The notes beneath the pieces were generated by a model, which was not told the origin of the DNA, did no database searches, and worked only from the letters and a program-made list of their open reading frames with translations. A program made the translations under genes and the position numbers. Positions 1-11,627 of a stretch of 63,962 nt of DNA are shown piece after piece. Position 1 is the first letter of the stretch; every line of letters starts with the position of its first letter. The stretch is from Neophaeotheca triangularis (taxonomy: Eukaryota), in NCBI GenBank assembly GCA_054600435.1, contig BAAIJX010000044.1:124001-187962 (forward strand), in the 5' to 3' direction.

Positions 1-1693
1 TCCTATTTAGAGGCTCCTCCCTAACTATAACCTACCCCCCTAGAGGCATCGTTAGACCCTCTACGCGAAGGCGCGTATATTGCTCTAACTAAATATTACC
101 CTCCCTCGAGCCTATAAGATCTCTCTTAACTAGTAGTCTCTAGTCGTGATTAGGACAAAATCTAGTAGTAGTTAGCGACTTTAGATCGACGGGAGCAACA
201 TTACTACTCCCGCTATAGGGAGCTTTAGTTCGACCTCTCTTTATAACATAGCGTTTACTAAAGGTACCTTGCTCGCGACCGAGCTAAGCCTAAATCCGAG
301 CCCTTCCTTATATTCTTCGAAAACAATATAGATCTAGGAGATATGCCTAATCTCCTAGAACTTATAGATATTAAGCAGCTTCTTATTACCCCTATCTATA
401 TTAGTATGTACATGTACTACGTTAAAGGCATATAGTACTAGTATAAAGGCTATATTATAACCTTCCTCTACGACATTCCTAACATTATTACTATACTACC
501 CTGACTCCCTATAGAATGTGATCTCGTGCTTATCTGCCCCTAGTAGAGTTATAGTGATAGGGGAGACAATGTTATCCGATAGTTCAAACGAGCATTTACT
601 GTCTATCGACAGAATGTGTAGCGCTAGCTAGAGTTCCTCTACTAACACTATCCTAGCTTCCGCGACATCTCTATTAATTAGTCGCGTCTTATATAGTTAC
701 TAAATAATGCTAACGTCTTTCATAATATCTAAACGATTGTAGAGCTAGACGATACCTGTAATACCGATGCGATGTTTAATAGCGTCGCTAATAAGGACCT
801 TAAGTAGGAGATTAAGCATTACACTATTCCTAATACCTAACTACCCTATAGCAAACTTAAGGATCTTAGACTTAGTACGTCTCGTTCCTAACAACAAACA
901 ATAGTTTTTATTATTATCCGTTAAGTAACCCGCTAGTCCCTACCTAGCTAAAGCTACCTGCCTATTTCTTTTACTCATATAGATCTTTCCTGTTTATTAC
1001 TACTACTCCCCTCCTAACAAGAATGTTTATTTTTGTTATTAGAAACTAACTGTCTTCTAGGACTCGGTATTAACTATAGAAACCTTATGCCGGATATCTA
1101 GTGGCTATGGCTTAAAACACTTCGCTATTCTACATAGGGGCGCGGCTAAAGGATTTTCTCCCTTACATTTCCATATCTTTTCCTACGTAGCTATATAGAC
1201 TAGGCTATTCCTCGCCGTCGAATAACTAGGCTTACCTTTCTTATATAGACCTAGTACCTCCTTTAGTTCTATAATAGACAGTTTACGAAGCACGACAAGT
1301 TTTGCTACGCTATGTTTAATACCTAGATAAGGGATCTTAGTAGTGGCCGCTCGCGATAGATACTGAACTGTAAGAATAGTGTCCCTCTATCGCTCGATAA
1401 GCTACGTGACGCTCTTATAGAGGAAGCGCCGTAGGCCTAATCGCTTATAAACCAAATCGTCTATAGCGTAAGTAATATTAAGGGCATCTGTCTATTCTAG
1501 AGCCGTCGTCGCTGCGAGCTGTCTATATACATATATACCCTAGGGAAGCCTACCTTTTTCTTTACTTTTAGCGCTACTAATACCTAGTAGCACGATATCT
1601 AGAAGTACTTCCTAGACTACTAGTAGTAGAAACATAGTAGTGACTCTAAGAGGTACTATATTAACCGCCGTAACGTACGCGTATACCCCTATG
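1..1693 (+). pseudogene. Helitron RepHel N-terminal part (DUF6570-like region and start of Rep)
   Basis: De-RIP reading gives ENNMD.GDMPNL.ELTDIEQLLI.P...YKGHIITF...LPRLP (~320-520), FPYLFPR (~1170) and GKPTFFFTFSAAD.QW.D (~1545-1600). Probable intron ending actaac..ttctag at 1060. Confidence 0.75.
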
Positions 1694-2119
1694 TGTTACG
1701 AACACTACGCTATGCCTAGTGTATAATAAGGAATGCTTAGTAGAACCTATAGTTATAGGACAGAGCACATTTAGGTCATATGACGTGCTTACCTCTACTT
1801 AGTACTCACCTTTAACTAAGTACTACTAAGTAATAGAGTAATGCTTACCTCTACTTAGTACTTACCTTTAACTAAGTATTACTAAGTAATAGATTATAAT
1901 GATTAGAGAAATGAATCTCCTTTATATTTAGGTAGTGATATTTCCTAGATAGAGATTTATGTTTAAATTATATTACAATCTTACTAAAAGGTCTATAGCG
2001 ACACTTCACATATCTTTGAAATCCTTATAATAAAGGAAACACCCTTACTAGCCTTCTATGATATCTCTCCTCTTCTACTACGAGCTCTACCTATAAGACT
2101 ACCTTATAGGATCGTAATA
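1694..2119 (+). repeat. 5' LTR of A
   Basis: Direct repeat of 16042-16467, differing almost only by C/T and G/A transitions; internal ~53-bp tandem duplication. Confidence 0.95.
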
Positions 2120-3700
2120 CTTTAAACACCCTCTAGGAAAGAGAGATCATTAGGTAAGTATGTCCCTATCTAATAACCAAGATGCTAGCGCGGTAAGCAC
2201 TTAGCATGCTTCGCCCTCGTCACTAGTTAAGGTTACAAAACCGGATTACTTTTCTAGAGAACGTAATAAGCTCGACAACTAGATTAACTAGATAATGCTA
2301 TTCTTTATCCTCGAAGGAGTCAATAATGATTAGAAGCGAACTCTAACTACTACTTCTTTCCTTCGTAGAGAAGCCTAACACTAGATTCGCCCTAAGCTCA
2401 TAGAAATGCTATTAAATCGTAATAACCTAGAAGCGATCTTTACTACTTAGGAAGGGTTCGTCACTGTCATTCGAAACGTCTATAGACTTAGTAACGATCG
2501 ACAAGTCGCTATTCGAATAATCTAACATCTTATATAGAAGACCTTAGCCTCTTAGTACACTACTAAGTTTTAGGAGTACTTAGCTAAGACTAACTAGGAC
2601 GCTAATACTCTTATAACTATGTACTACTAAGGACTTAAGGATAACGTGAAAGACGAACTTATGCGCTATAGAGGCGATTAGTCAACTCTCCCTAGAACGA
2701 TCAAATCGGCGATTAAAGTTAATGACGCGCTCTATAAACAGTTTATGGAAAAACGCCACACTAGACAATTTCATAGATAAACTAGCTATACTACTAGTAG
2801 CCGGCCTATTAGTTAGTAACGCTACGATCCTAATGCGATAGAACTCGACTCTATGTAATAGTGTCCTAGGAAGGGTAGGGATAGAGGACAGGGCAAACAG
2901 AACGCCCTAGGTAAGAAACGGAACGGACTAGAATGCTATAACTACTACAAGATAGGGCACTATACACGAGACTGCCGTGGGAAACAGATGCGCCCATAAT
3001 AGGAGGTTAATACGATTTTAACCTAATAGGATAATGACTCTCCTACCGATAAGAGCTATAGAGCTTATAACATTACTAGAACCTACGAAGAACCGGAACA
3101 CAATAAACTTCACTAGAGGTTTTATAAGAGGGATTACTATTAGTATATAGAAGTTAGGGACTAGTAACTAACGGAATGCCTATTAAACCTCGGAAGGAAG
3201 TAAATGTTATTAAACGAGTTACCCTAAAGTCCGGAACGGACGCGCTAATCGAGTAATACTAGAAGCTTAGGGAGTTTCACGATAACTTAGTTAGTTATAA
3301 GGAGTAGACTAAAGAACACTTTAACCTTATGATCTAAGTAGCTAATCAGATAGTAGATCTTAATAATAGGATTAAGGCTATAATAGACGAAGAATCTAAG
3401 TAACTATATAAGCCTTAGAAGGAACTTAACATAATGTTAAGACGCTAACCACTATAGTAGTCAAGGGACGACAGTAACATAGCCTAAGGAAGGTCCATAC
3501 CTCTATTTATATAGGAGGACGATAAACTGTAAGAAAACTAAGCACTATTACTAATGATAGCACTACTAACACCTAACTTAGATAACGAAGAAATATCTTA
3601 GACACTAGAACTCACTACGATCGTACTAACACTAGAGATTAGCCCCTTAAGACTATCGATGCCTCTAGAGATTCCAGAATCATAAGAAGATACGATAGTG

Positions 3701-4159
3701 TGTTACGGACAACACACGACCAGGACAGGAAGGAAGAGATCATTGGATAAAGACTGAAAGCGCTAACGGCAGGACTCCGAGACTGAGCACACGGAGCTTG
3801 CTAAGAACTGAGCACGCCAAGAACTGAGCAGCCTCCTGCTCAGTAATGCTTAGTTGAACTGATCACTACTGATCAGTCTCGAGCACTGAGCAGCTCCTTG
3901 CTTAGCGACGCTCAATGGGACTAAGCACCACTGATCAGGATGATTAACACGAATCTCTTTTGTATTTAGCTAGCGACATTTCCTAGATAGAGATTTGTGT
4001 TTAACTCATGTTACAATCTTACTGAAAGGTCTACAGTGACACTTCACGTATCTTTGAAATCCTTACGACAAAGGAAACACCCTTGCTAGCCTTCTTCGAT
4101 ATCTCTCCTCTTCCGCTACGAGCTCTAAACCCGTGAGACTACCTTGTAGGATCGCAACA
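3701..4159 (+). repeat. 5' LTR of B
   Basis: Near-identical to 10496-10954; U3 rich in CTGAGCA/TGCTCAG and TGATCA. Confidence 0.97.
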
Positions 4160-4199
4160 CTTTGAATACCCTCTAGGAAAGAGAGATTAATAGGCAAGT

Positions 4200-6419
4200 A
4201 TGTCCCCATCCGATAACCGAGACGCAAGCGTCGCCAGCACTTAACGAGGAGTATCGACTATAACAACTAACAAGGTTACCAAACCGGACTACTTCTATGG
4301 CGAACGCAACAAGCTAGACGACTGGGTCAACCAGATGATGATGTTCTTCCTCATGGAAAGCGTTAGTGAGCAGAAGCAACCTCTCACTGCTGCTTCGTTC
4401 CTTCGAGGAGAAGCTTAACACTAGATCCGCCTAAAGCTTACGGATTTCCTCATGGAACGAATCGACCCTGAAGGACTGTTCTCGAACTGGAAGTCTTTTG
4501 TCAAGGTCATCCGCAACGTCTATGGATTGAGCAACGATCGACAAGTTGCTATCCGAATGATTCAGCACCTCACGCAGAAAACGTCTGCCTCTTAGTACAC
4601 CGCCAAGTTTCAGGAGCACTTAGCCAAGACTGACTAGGACGACAACGCTCTTATGACTATGTACTACCGAGGACTTAAGGACAACGTGAAGGACGAACTT
4701 ATGCGCTACGGAGGCGATTAGTCAACTCTCCCCGGTATGATCAAATCGGCGATCGAGGTTGATGACGCTCTCTACGAACGGTTTATGGAAAAACGCTACA
4801 CTGGACAATTTCGCGGACGAACTGGCTATGCTACCGGCAGCCGGCCTGTCGGTCAGCAACTTCGCGATCCTAATGCGATGGAACTCGACTCCACGTAACA
4901 GCGTCCTAGGAAGGGCAGGGATGGAGGACGGGGCAAACAGAACGCCCTAGGCAAGAAACGGAACGGACCGGAATGCTACAACTGCCACAAGATAGGGCAC
5001 TATGCACGAGACTGCCGTGGGAAACAGATGCGCCTACGCTAGGAGGTCAATGCGATTTTGACCCGACAGGATAACGACTCTCCTACCGATAAGAGCCGCG
5101 GAGCTTACGACATCACCGGAACATACGAAGAACCGGAACACGACGAACTTCACTAGAGGTTTTGCAAGAGGGATTACTGCTTGGTACATAAAAGTTAGGG
5201 ACTAGTGACCAACGGAATACCCATTAGACCTCGGAAGGAAGTGAACGTCATCGAACGAGTTACCCCGAAGTCCGAAACGGACACGCTAATCGAGCAATAC
5301 TAGAAGCTTAGGGAGTTTCACGATGACTTAGTTAGTTATGAAGAGTGGACTGAAGAACACTTTAACCTTATGATCCAAGTAGCCGATCAGATGGCAGATC
5401 TTAACGACAGGATCAAGGCCATAGCAGACGAAGAATCTGAGCAACTACGCAAGCCTCAGAAGGAACTCAACATGATGTCAAGACGCCAACCACTACAGCA
5501 GTCAAGGGACGACGGCAATGCAGCCCGAGGAAGGTCCCTACCTCCATTTGCATAGGAGGACGACAAACTGCAAGAAAACCGAGTACCATCATCGACGATG
5601 GCACTACTAACACCCGACTTAGACAACGAAGAAATATCTTAGATACCGGAACTCACTGCGATCGTACTAACACCGGAGATTAGCCCTTTGAGACTATCGA
5701 TGCCTCTAGAAATTCCAGAATCGCAAGAAGACACGACAGTGACGGATTCCGAAGACGACTCCGAATACGAATACACCGACGATGATGAACCAGACGACAA
5801 CGACGTAGCAGAGTTCATTGTGCACGGACTAAACCCGATTAAGAAAATGGTCATTCACATCGCACGATCGTACGAAGAAGTGTTCCCAATGATCCAAGGC
5901 AAACGACGCTTAGAACCCAACCAATTCGAAGCCATGCTTATGCGATTACGAGCAATGTTCTAGGACTACCGAAAGGTCGCCGTCGAGTATGACGCTGCCA
6001 CCTTTGTCCAGGACAGGCTACTAATGGGAAGCACTTTTCACGGAGAAAACGGCTATATTACGCCAGACGGGATACGAATCCCACATTCTATAAGACAACG
6101 AGTCAAAACAGTCAAGAATCGTTACAGAGAATTCCAGCTCATCTAGGAGCAATAGAGAGAAGAAGAAATCACGCTATAAGAAATGAAGAAGCAAGCACAG
6201 GATTCCTTGGACTAATGGACGATAGTACCACGCGAAAAATTTCTACTACTAGTCGACCGAAAGATGATTCTCGGACACATTAGAGCAACCACACGAGGAC
6301 CTATCACCGCACACGCAATCCAAGGAAAAGTCACGATCAGACCTCGGGACGGACCCCTTTACTAGGAAGTCTCTCTCGAAACAGCGGATTCATCTACCTA
6401 CTTCTCAAAAAACGAATAG
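4200..6419 (+). pseudogene. gag: gag of B (~740 codons, RIP stops)
   Basis: ATG at 4200; KPDYFYGERNKLDDW capsid-type motif; CYNCHKIGHYARDC knuckle at ~4974-5015; same frame as ORFs 5370 and 5688; stop at 6417-6419. Confidence 0.9.
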
Positions 6420-6450
6420 GACCTGTCGCTAAGAGCGAGCGTCAGGAACT
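6407..6450 (+). promoter_or_regulatory. -1 ribosomal frameshift signal (A AAA AAC plus downstream stem) between gag and pol
   Basis: pol is in the -1 frame relative to gag; AAAAAAC at 6407-6413 is followed by cctgtcgct-aag-agcgagcgtcagg; conserved in A and D. Confidence 0.75.
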
Positions 6451-9400
6451 GAACAACACAAATGCTCAACACGAAATAGCATTAGGAACGGTCTTCCGAA
6501 CAACATGTACTGTCGACGGATACGAAACCCTCGCTATGATAGATTCCGGAGCCAGCGGAAACTTTATCTCGGAAACTTTCGTACGTTAGTATGGGCTAGC
6601 TACCTAGAAGAAAACAGATGGCGGGTACGAACTGATGGCCGTGGACGGCTCATTACTACCCGACGTGGATAGCGAAACAGTACCGCTACCACTTGTCTTC
6701 TAAAAGCATCACGAGCGAATTGTCCTAGACGTTGTGCCTATGGCCAGACATGACGTCGTTCTAGGCACTCCTTGGTTAGAACGACACAATCCTACAGTGG
6801 ATTGGAGAAAACGAGTACTCACATTCGACAGGTGTAGTTGCGTCACTACAACCTACCCTGCGCGCCGGCAGCGATCGACGGCAGATGAGAGAAGGCAGAT
6901 CAACGAAACGCATCGCCAATCGACCACGATACTAATACGAATTGGATCGGACTCCACAGGTACCGAACTAGCCTAAACGGACCAACAAGTGAGAGTTGAG
7001 GAAGGAAGTCACGCACCTTCAGATATCCCTAGAGAATTCAGAAAATGGAAGCGCCTTTTCTAGGAAGAGGAAGGAGTAGCCGCTCTACCTAGACATCAAC
7101 TATGGGACCACCGAATCGACATTCAGCCCGGTGCGAAGATACCATGGGGGCCACTTTATGCGCTATCCGAAAAAGAGCTCGAAGAGCAACGACGATGGCT
7201 GGATGAGAAATTGAAGAAAGGATGGATTCGACCCTCTACTTCATCAGCCGCTTCACCACCGTTTTTCGTTCCTAAGAAAGGAGGAAAATTACGAATGGTT
7301 ATCGATTTCAGACGACTTAATGCGATCACCACTAAGAACCGTTATCTACTGCCTAACATCGACGAGATGAGAGATCGACTCACCGGTTCACACTGGTTCA
7401 CCAAAATCGATCTCCGAGATGCATTCTATTCGGTCAGAATGGCAAGGGGGGAAGAGTGGAAAACAGCTTTTCGAACGCGCTACGGACTTTACGAATTCTA
7501 GGTCATGCCTATAGGACTCACGAACGCCCCAGCAACCTGTCAACAACTCGTTAACGACATCCTACGAGACCTACTCGACATTACTGTTATCGCTTATATC
7601 GACGACATATTGGTCTTCACGAAGGGATCACGAGAACAGCATACTAAGGACGTACACGCAGTATTCGAACGACTCGACAAAGTAGATTTCAGGACAGCAC
7701 TAGAAAAGTGCGAGTTCTACAAGAAGGAAGTCGACTTTCTAGGCTTTGTGATTAGCACTACCGGGATCCGAATAGACCCGAAGAAAACTCAATCGATCGA
7801 GGAATGGCCGACACCTAAATTAGTCAAAGACATCCAAGCATTCCTCGGATTAGCTAACTACAATCGGAAATTCGTGAAGGATTACTTAAGGCTCGCTACG
7901 CCTCTGACCAACCTCACGAAAAAGGACACACTATTCGTATAGGGGAAGATCCAACAACAATCCTTCGACAAGCTTAAGGAGTCATGCACGACTGCCCCTA
8001 CGCTAAGGATGTTTGACCCTAAGAGACCTATCCAAATCGAAACCGATGCCTCCGACAGAGCAATAGGAGCTTGCCTCACGCAGGAGGTTGAAAGCAAACG
8101 ACACCCTATCGCCTACTTCTTAAGGAAGATGTCACCAGCGGAACAGAATTACGAGATCTACGACAAAGAACTGCTCGCAATCGTTGCAGCATTGCGATAC
8201 TAGAGAGTGTACTGTAAAGGAGCAACCGGACTGACCATTTACTCGGATCACAAGAACCTACAATATTTCACAACCACTAAGGAACTGTCACGCCGACAAT
8301 GCAGATGGTCAGAGCTACTCGGACAATACAAGTTCGATATAGTCTACACTCCCGGAAAAGACAATGGGCGCGCCGACGCGCTAAGCAGAAGAAGCGACTA
8401 CATGGAAGGATACCTTCTACAGCAACACCGCATACTGAAGGTTAATAAGGACGGAAGCCTAAGCGCCAACCCTCAGGAATTTAACTCAGTACTGCGAGTA
8501 CTTAGGGATGACAACGAAGAATTCCCTGTCGAACATAGGAAGTTCAGGGTTCCGAACGAGAAGGAACGCTAGTGCATCTAGGACCACCACGATGGACCTA
8601 CTAACGGACATCTAGGAATCGCTAGAACGGTGGAACACATTAGACGCAACTTCGTGTTCCCCGGAATGAGACAGAAGGTCTTAGAGTACATCAAGAAATG
8701 TACGAGCTGCTAACGAAACAAGGCTTCAAGACACGCCAAATATGGAAACCTACAATTCTAAGAGCCACCGGATCTACCATGGAACGAGGTCACGATGGAT
8801 TTTATTGTTAAACTACCAAGATCCAAGGACCCGTCGACAAGCAAAGACTACGATTCAATTCTAGTCATGGTCGACAGACTCACGAAGTACTCACATTTTG
8901 TTCCCTGCAACGAGACAATTACTGCAGAAGAACTCGGATATCTCGTTCTCGACAGACTGGTACGATACTACGGCATTCTAACGGTTCTGATTACGGACAG
9001 AGACAAGCTCTTCACATCTAATTACTGGAAGACCTTGATATTAGCGATAGGAGTGAAACACAAGCTCTCGACGGCATTTCACCCCGAAACCGATAGACAG
9101 ACAGAACGCTCAAACCAATCCCTCGAAACGTATTTGCGACATTACGTCAATCACGCTCAGAACAATTGGGTAGCGCTCTTACCTATGGCATAACTCGCAC
9201 TCAACAACAATGCCTTAGAAACGACAGGCTTAACTCCGTTCTATGCAAATTTCGGAAAGGATCTAAACACATTTATGGAACCAAAGCCAGGACCGCTCGC
9301 AGAAAGAGCCCTGTAGACATCTTCGCAGCTGCAAGAAGCACACCAATAGGCGAAGGACAAGATCATATAGTCGCAATAGCGACTCGAGTCACAAAGACAC

Positions 9401-9874
9401 AAGGACTCCAAAACGGCACCTTAGCTTAAGAAGGGGGATAAGGTGTACCTGCTTACGAAAAACCTGAAGACAAGGAGGCGAACACGAAAACTGGACTATG
9501 TCAAAGTCGGACCGTTTCTGGTTAAAGAACAAAGAGGAAAGGTCAACTATCTCCTCTAACTCCCAAGGGACGCCAGAGTCCACCTAGTCTTCCATGTATC
9601 CTTGCTTGAACTAGCAGACGCCGAGACACCAATCTAAGACACCTTTCACCACGATCCACCTAAGGAAGAAGCCGAGTACGAGGTCGAAAAGATTCTAGAT
9701 AAAGATGGTTAGAACTACCTCGTAAAATGGAAAGGGTATCCCACAAGCGAGAACACTTGGGAACCTAAGGACAACCTACTCAACTGCCAGAAGGCCCTGC
9801 AATAATATCGCTAGCACTAAAATTCTAGAAGTCGGCCGAGAGATCAAAACCGCCGTCTAACGCATTCCACGTAG
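6410..9874 (+). pseudogene. pol: pol of B: protease, RT, RNase H, integrase, chromodomain
   Basis: AMIDSGASGNF, IAYIDDILVF, IETDASDRAIG, MDFIVKLP...DRDKLF, YEVEKIL...[17 protein letters not shown]; in-frame TAG/TAA stops of RIP type. Confidence 0.95.
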
Positions 9875-10394
9875 AAGGAGAAAGAATGATCCCCGGACCA
9901 GGATCCAAATCCTCGAGAGGGAGCGTTGCGTTCTCACCCTCCTTCTCCTTCTCTTCTTCCGCCTCGATACTAGCCTCCTCCACGGCTATTGCTTCCGCTT
10001 CTCGTTTCTCTAGAAGATCGAGTTGCCGGCGTAAGCGCTGTTCCTTGGCAAAGGCGGAAGACAAAGCCTCGCGGGCAGCATTTTCAGCCCGTCGAGCCTC
10101 TTCTTCTGCTGCGCGAGTAGAGAGTTGCGCCTCGAACGCTTCCTTGATGGACGACTGGAGTTTCGTCCGCTCCCGCTTCAACCTATCCTATTCCGATGAT
10201 GAAACCTAGAGGTCACACCTCTGACCCCGACGAAGACACTCGCTACACTTTCCCGACCGAATATGGACCCGACACATACGTTTGTGCTTGGAGCACGTTC
10301 CACATGGCTTTACCATATCCTTCCCGTGAGTTTCGACAAAAGTTGCTAATTCGCGACGACGGATGGTGCTGCGGCCAGGCTGGTTGTTAGGCAT
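9780..10394 (-). pseudogene. Antisense accessory ORF of B: Zn2Cys6-like cluster + coiled coil + acidic tail (~204 aa)
   Basis: Track ORFs 10206-10445 and 9825-10181 are one frame broken by RIP stops (CAG->TAG, TGG->TAG; the first two sense codons are intact in copy D). CGTC-SKHKRM-C-RVHIRSGK-CSEC-LRRGQR-C = C-x2-C-x6-C-x8-C-x2-C-x6-C. Confidence 0.85.
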
Positions 10395-10495
10395 ACTGAG
10401 AGGAAACCATGATTCAGCTAAGAAGGAAGAAGTGGGGCGAGCCACGAGACTTATAACGTTAGCGTCGAGACGACGCTAAGCTAGAAGAGGGATAG

Positions 10496-10954
10496 TGTTA
10501 CGGACAACACACGACCAGGACAGGAAGGAAGAGATCATTGGATAAAGACTGAAAGCGCTAACGGCAGGACTCCGAGACTGAGTACACGGAGCTTGCCAAG
10601 AACTGAGCACGCCAAGAACTGAGCAGCCTCCTGCTCAGTAATGCTTAGTTGAACTGATTACTACTGATCAGTCTCGAGCACTGAGCAGCTCCTTGCTCAG
10701 CGACGCTTAATGGGACTAAGCACCACTGATTAGGATGATCAACACGAATCTCTTTTGTATTTAGCTAGCGACATTTCCTAGATAGAGATTTGTGTTCAAC
10801 TCATGTTACAATCTTACTGAAAGGTCTACAGTGACACTTCACGTATCTTTGAAATCCTTACGACAAAGGAAACACCCTTGCTAGCCTTCTTCGATATCTC
10901 TCCTCTTCCGCTACGAGCTCTAAACCCGTGAGACTACCTTGTAGGATCGCAACA
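10496..10954 (+). repeat. 3' LTR of B
   Basis: Direct repeat of 3701-4159, preceded by the PPT. Confidence 0.97.
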
Positions 10955-11627
10955 TAGTGATAGATTCTAAAGACGACTCTAAATACGCTTATACTAATAA
11001 TAACGAACTAGACGATAATAACATAGTAGAGTTCATTATGTATGGACTAGGTCTAATTAAGAAAATGGTCATTTACATCGTATAGTTATACGAAGAAGTG
11101 TTCTTAGTAATCTAAGGTAAATGATGCTTAGAACCTAATCAATTCGAAGCTATACTTATACAATTATGAGCAATGTTCTAGGACTACTAAAAGGTCGCTA
11201 TTTAGTATAATGCTACTACCTTTATCTAGGATAGACTACTAATAGGAAGCACTTTCTATAGAGAAAACGGCTACATTACGCTAGATAGGATACGAATCCT
11301 ATACATAATAAGACAATAAGTCAAGACAGTTAAGAATTATTATAGAGAATTCTAGCTTATATAGGAGTAATAGAGAGAAGAAGAAATCACGCTTTAAGAA
11401 ATGAAGAAATAAGTATAGGATTCCTTAGACTAATAGACGATAGTACTACGCGACAAGTTCCTACTACTAGTCAACTAGAAGATAATTCTTAGACACATTA
11501 AAGTAACTACGCGAGGACTAATCACTATACACATAATCTAAGGGAAAGTCACGATCAAACCTTAGGACGGACCCCTTTACTAGGAAGTCTCTCTCGAAAT
11601 AGTGGATTCATTTACCTACTTCTCAAA

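Larger units (their letters stand above)
3701..10954 (+). mobile_element. Ty3/Gypsy chromovirus copy B, least RIPped copy, inserted in gag of A
   Basis: 459-bp LTRs at 3701-4159 and 10496-10954 (TG...CA); TSD tagtg (3696-3700 / 10955-10959); PPT agaagagggatag at 10483-10495. Confidence 0.97.

Noticed and set aside
4160..4180. tRNA primer-binding site for A/B/D
   Set aside because: No TGG-led tRNA complement after the LTR; the sequence pairs with the LTR itself.
4431..4619. Short antisense or alternative-frame ORFs over gag/pol (4431, 4759, 5639, 7882, 9166, 9389, 9886, 10196, 20657, 25514, 25799)
   Set aside because: Shadow frames of real TE genes with no independent motifs.
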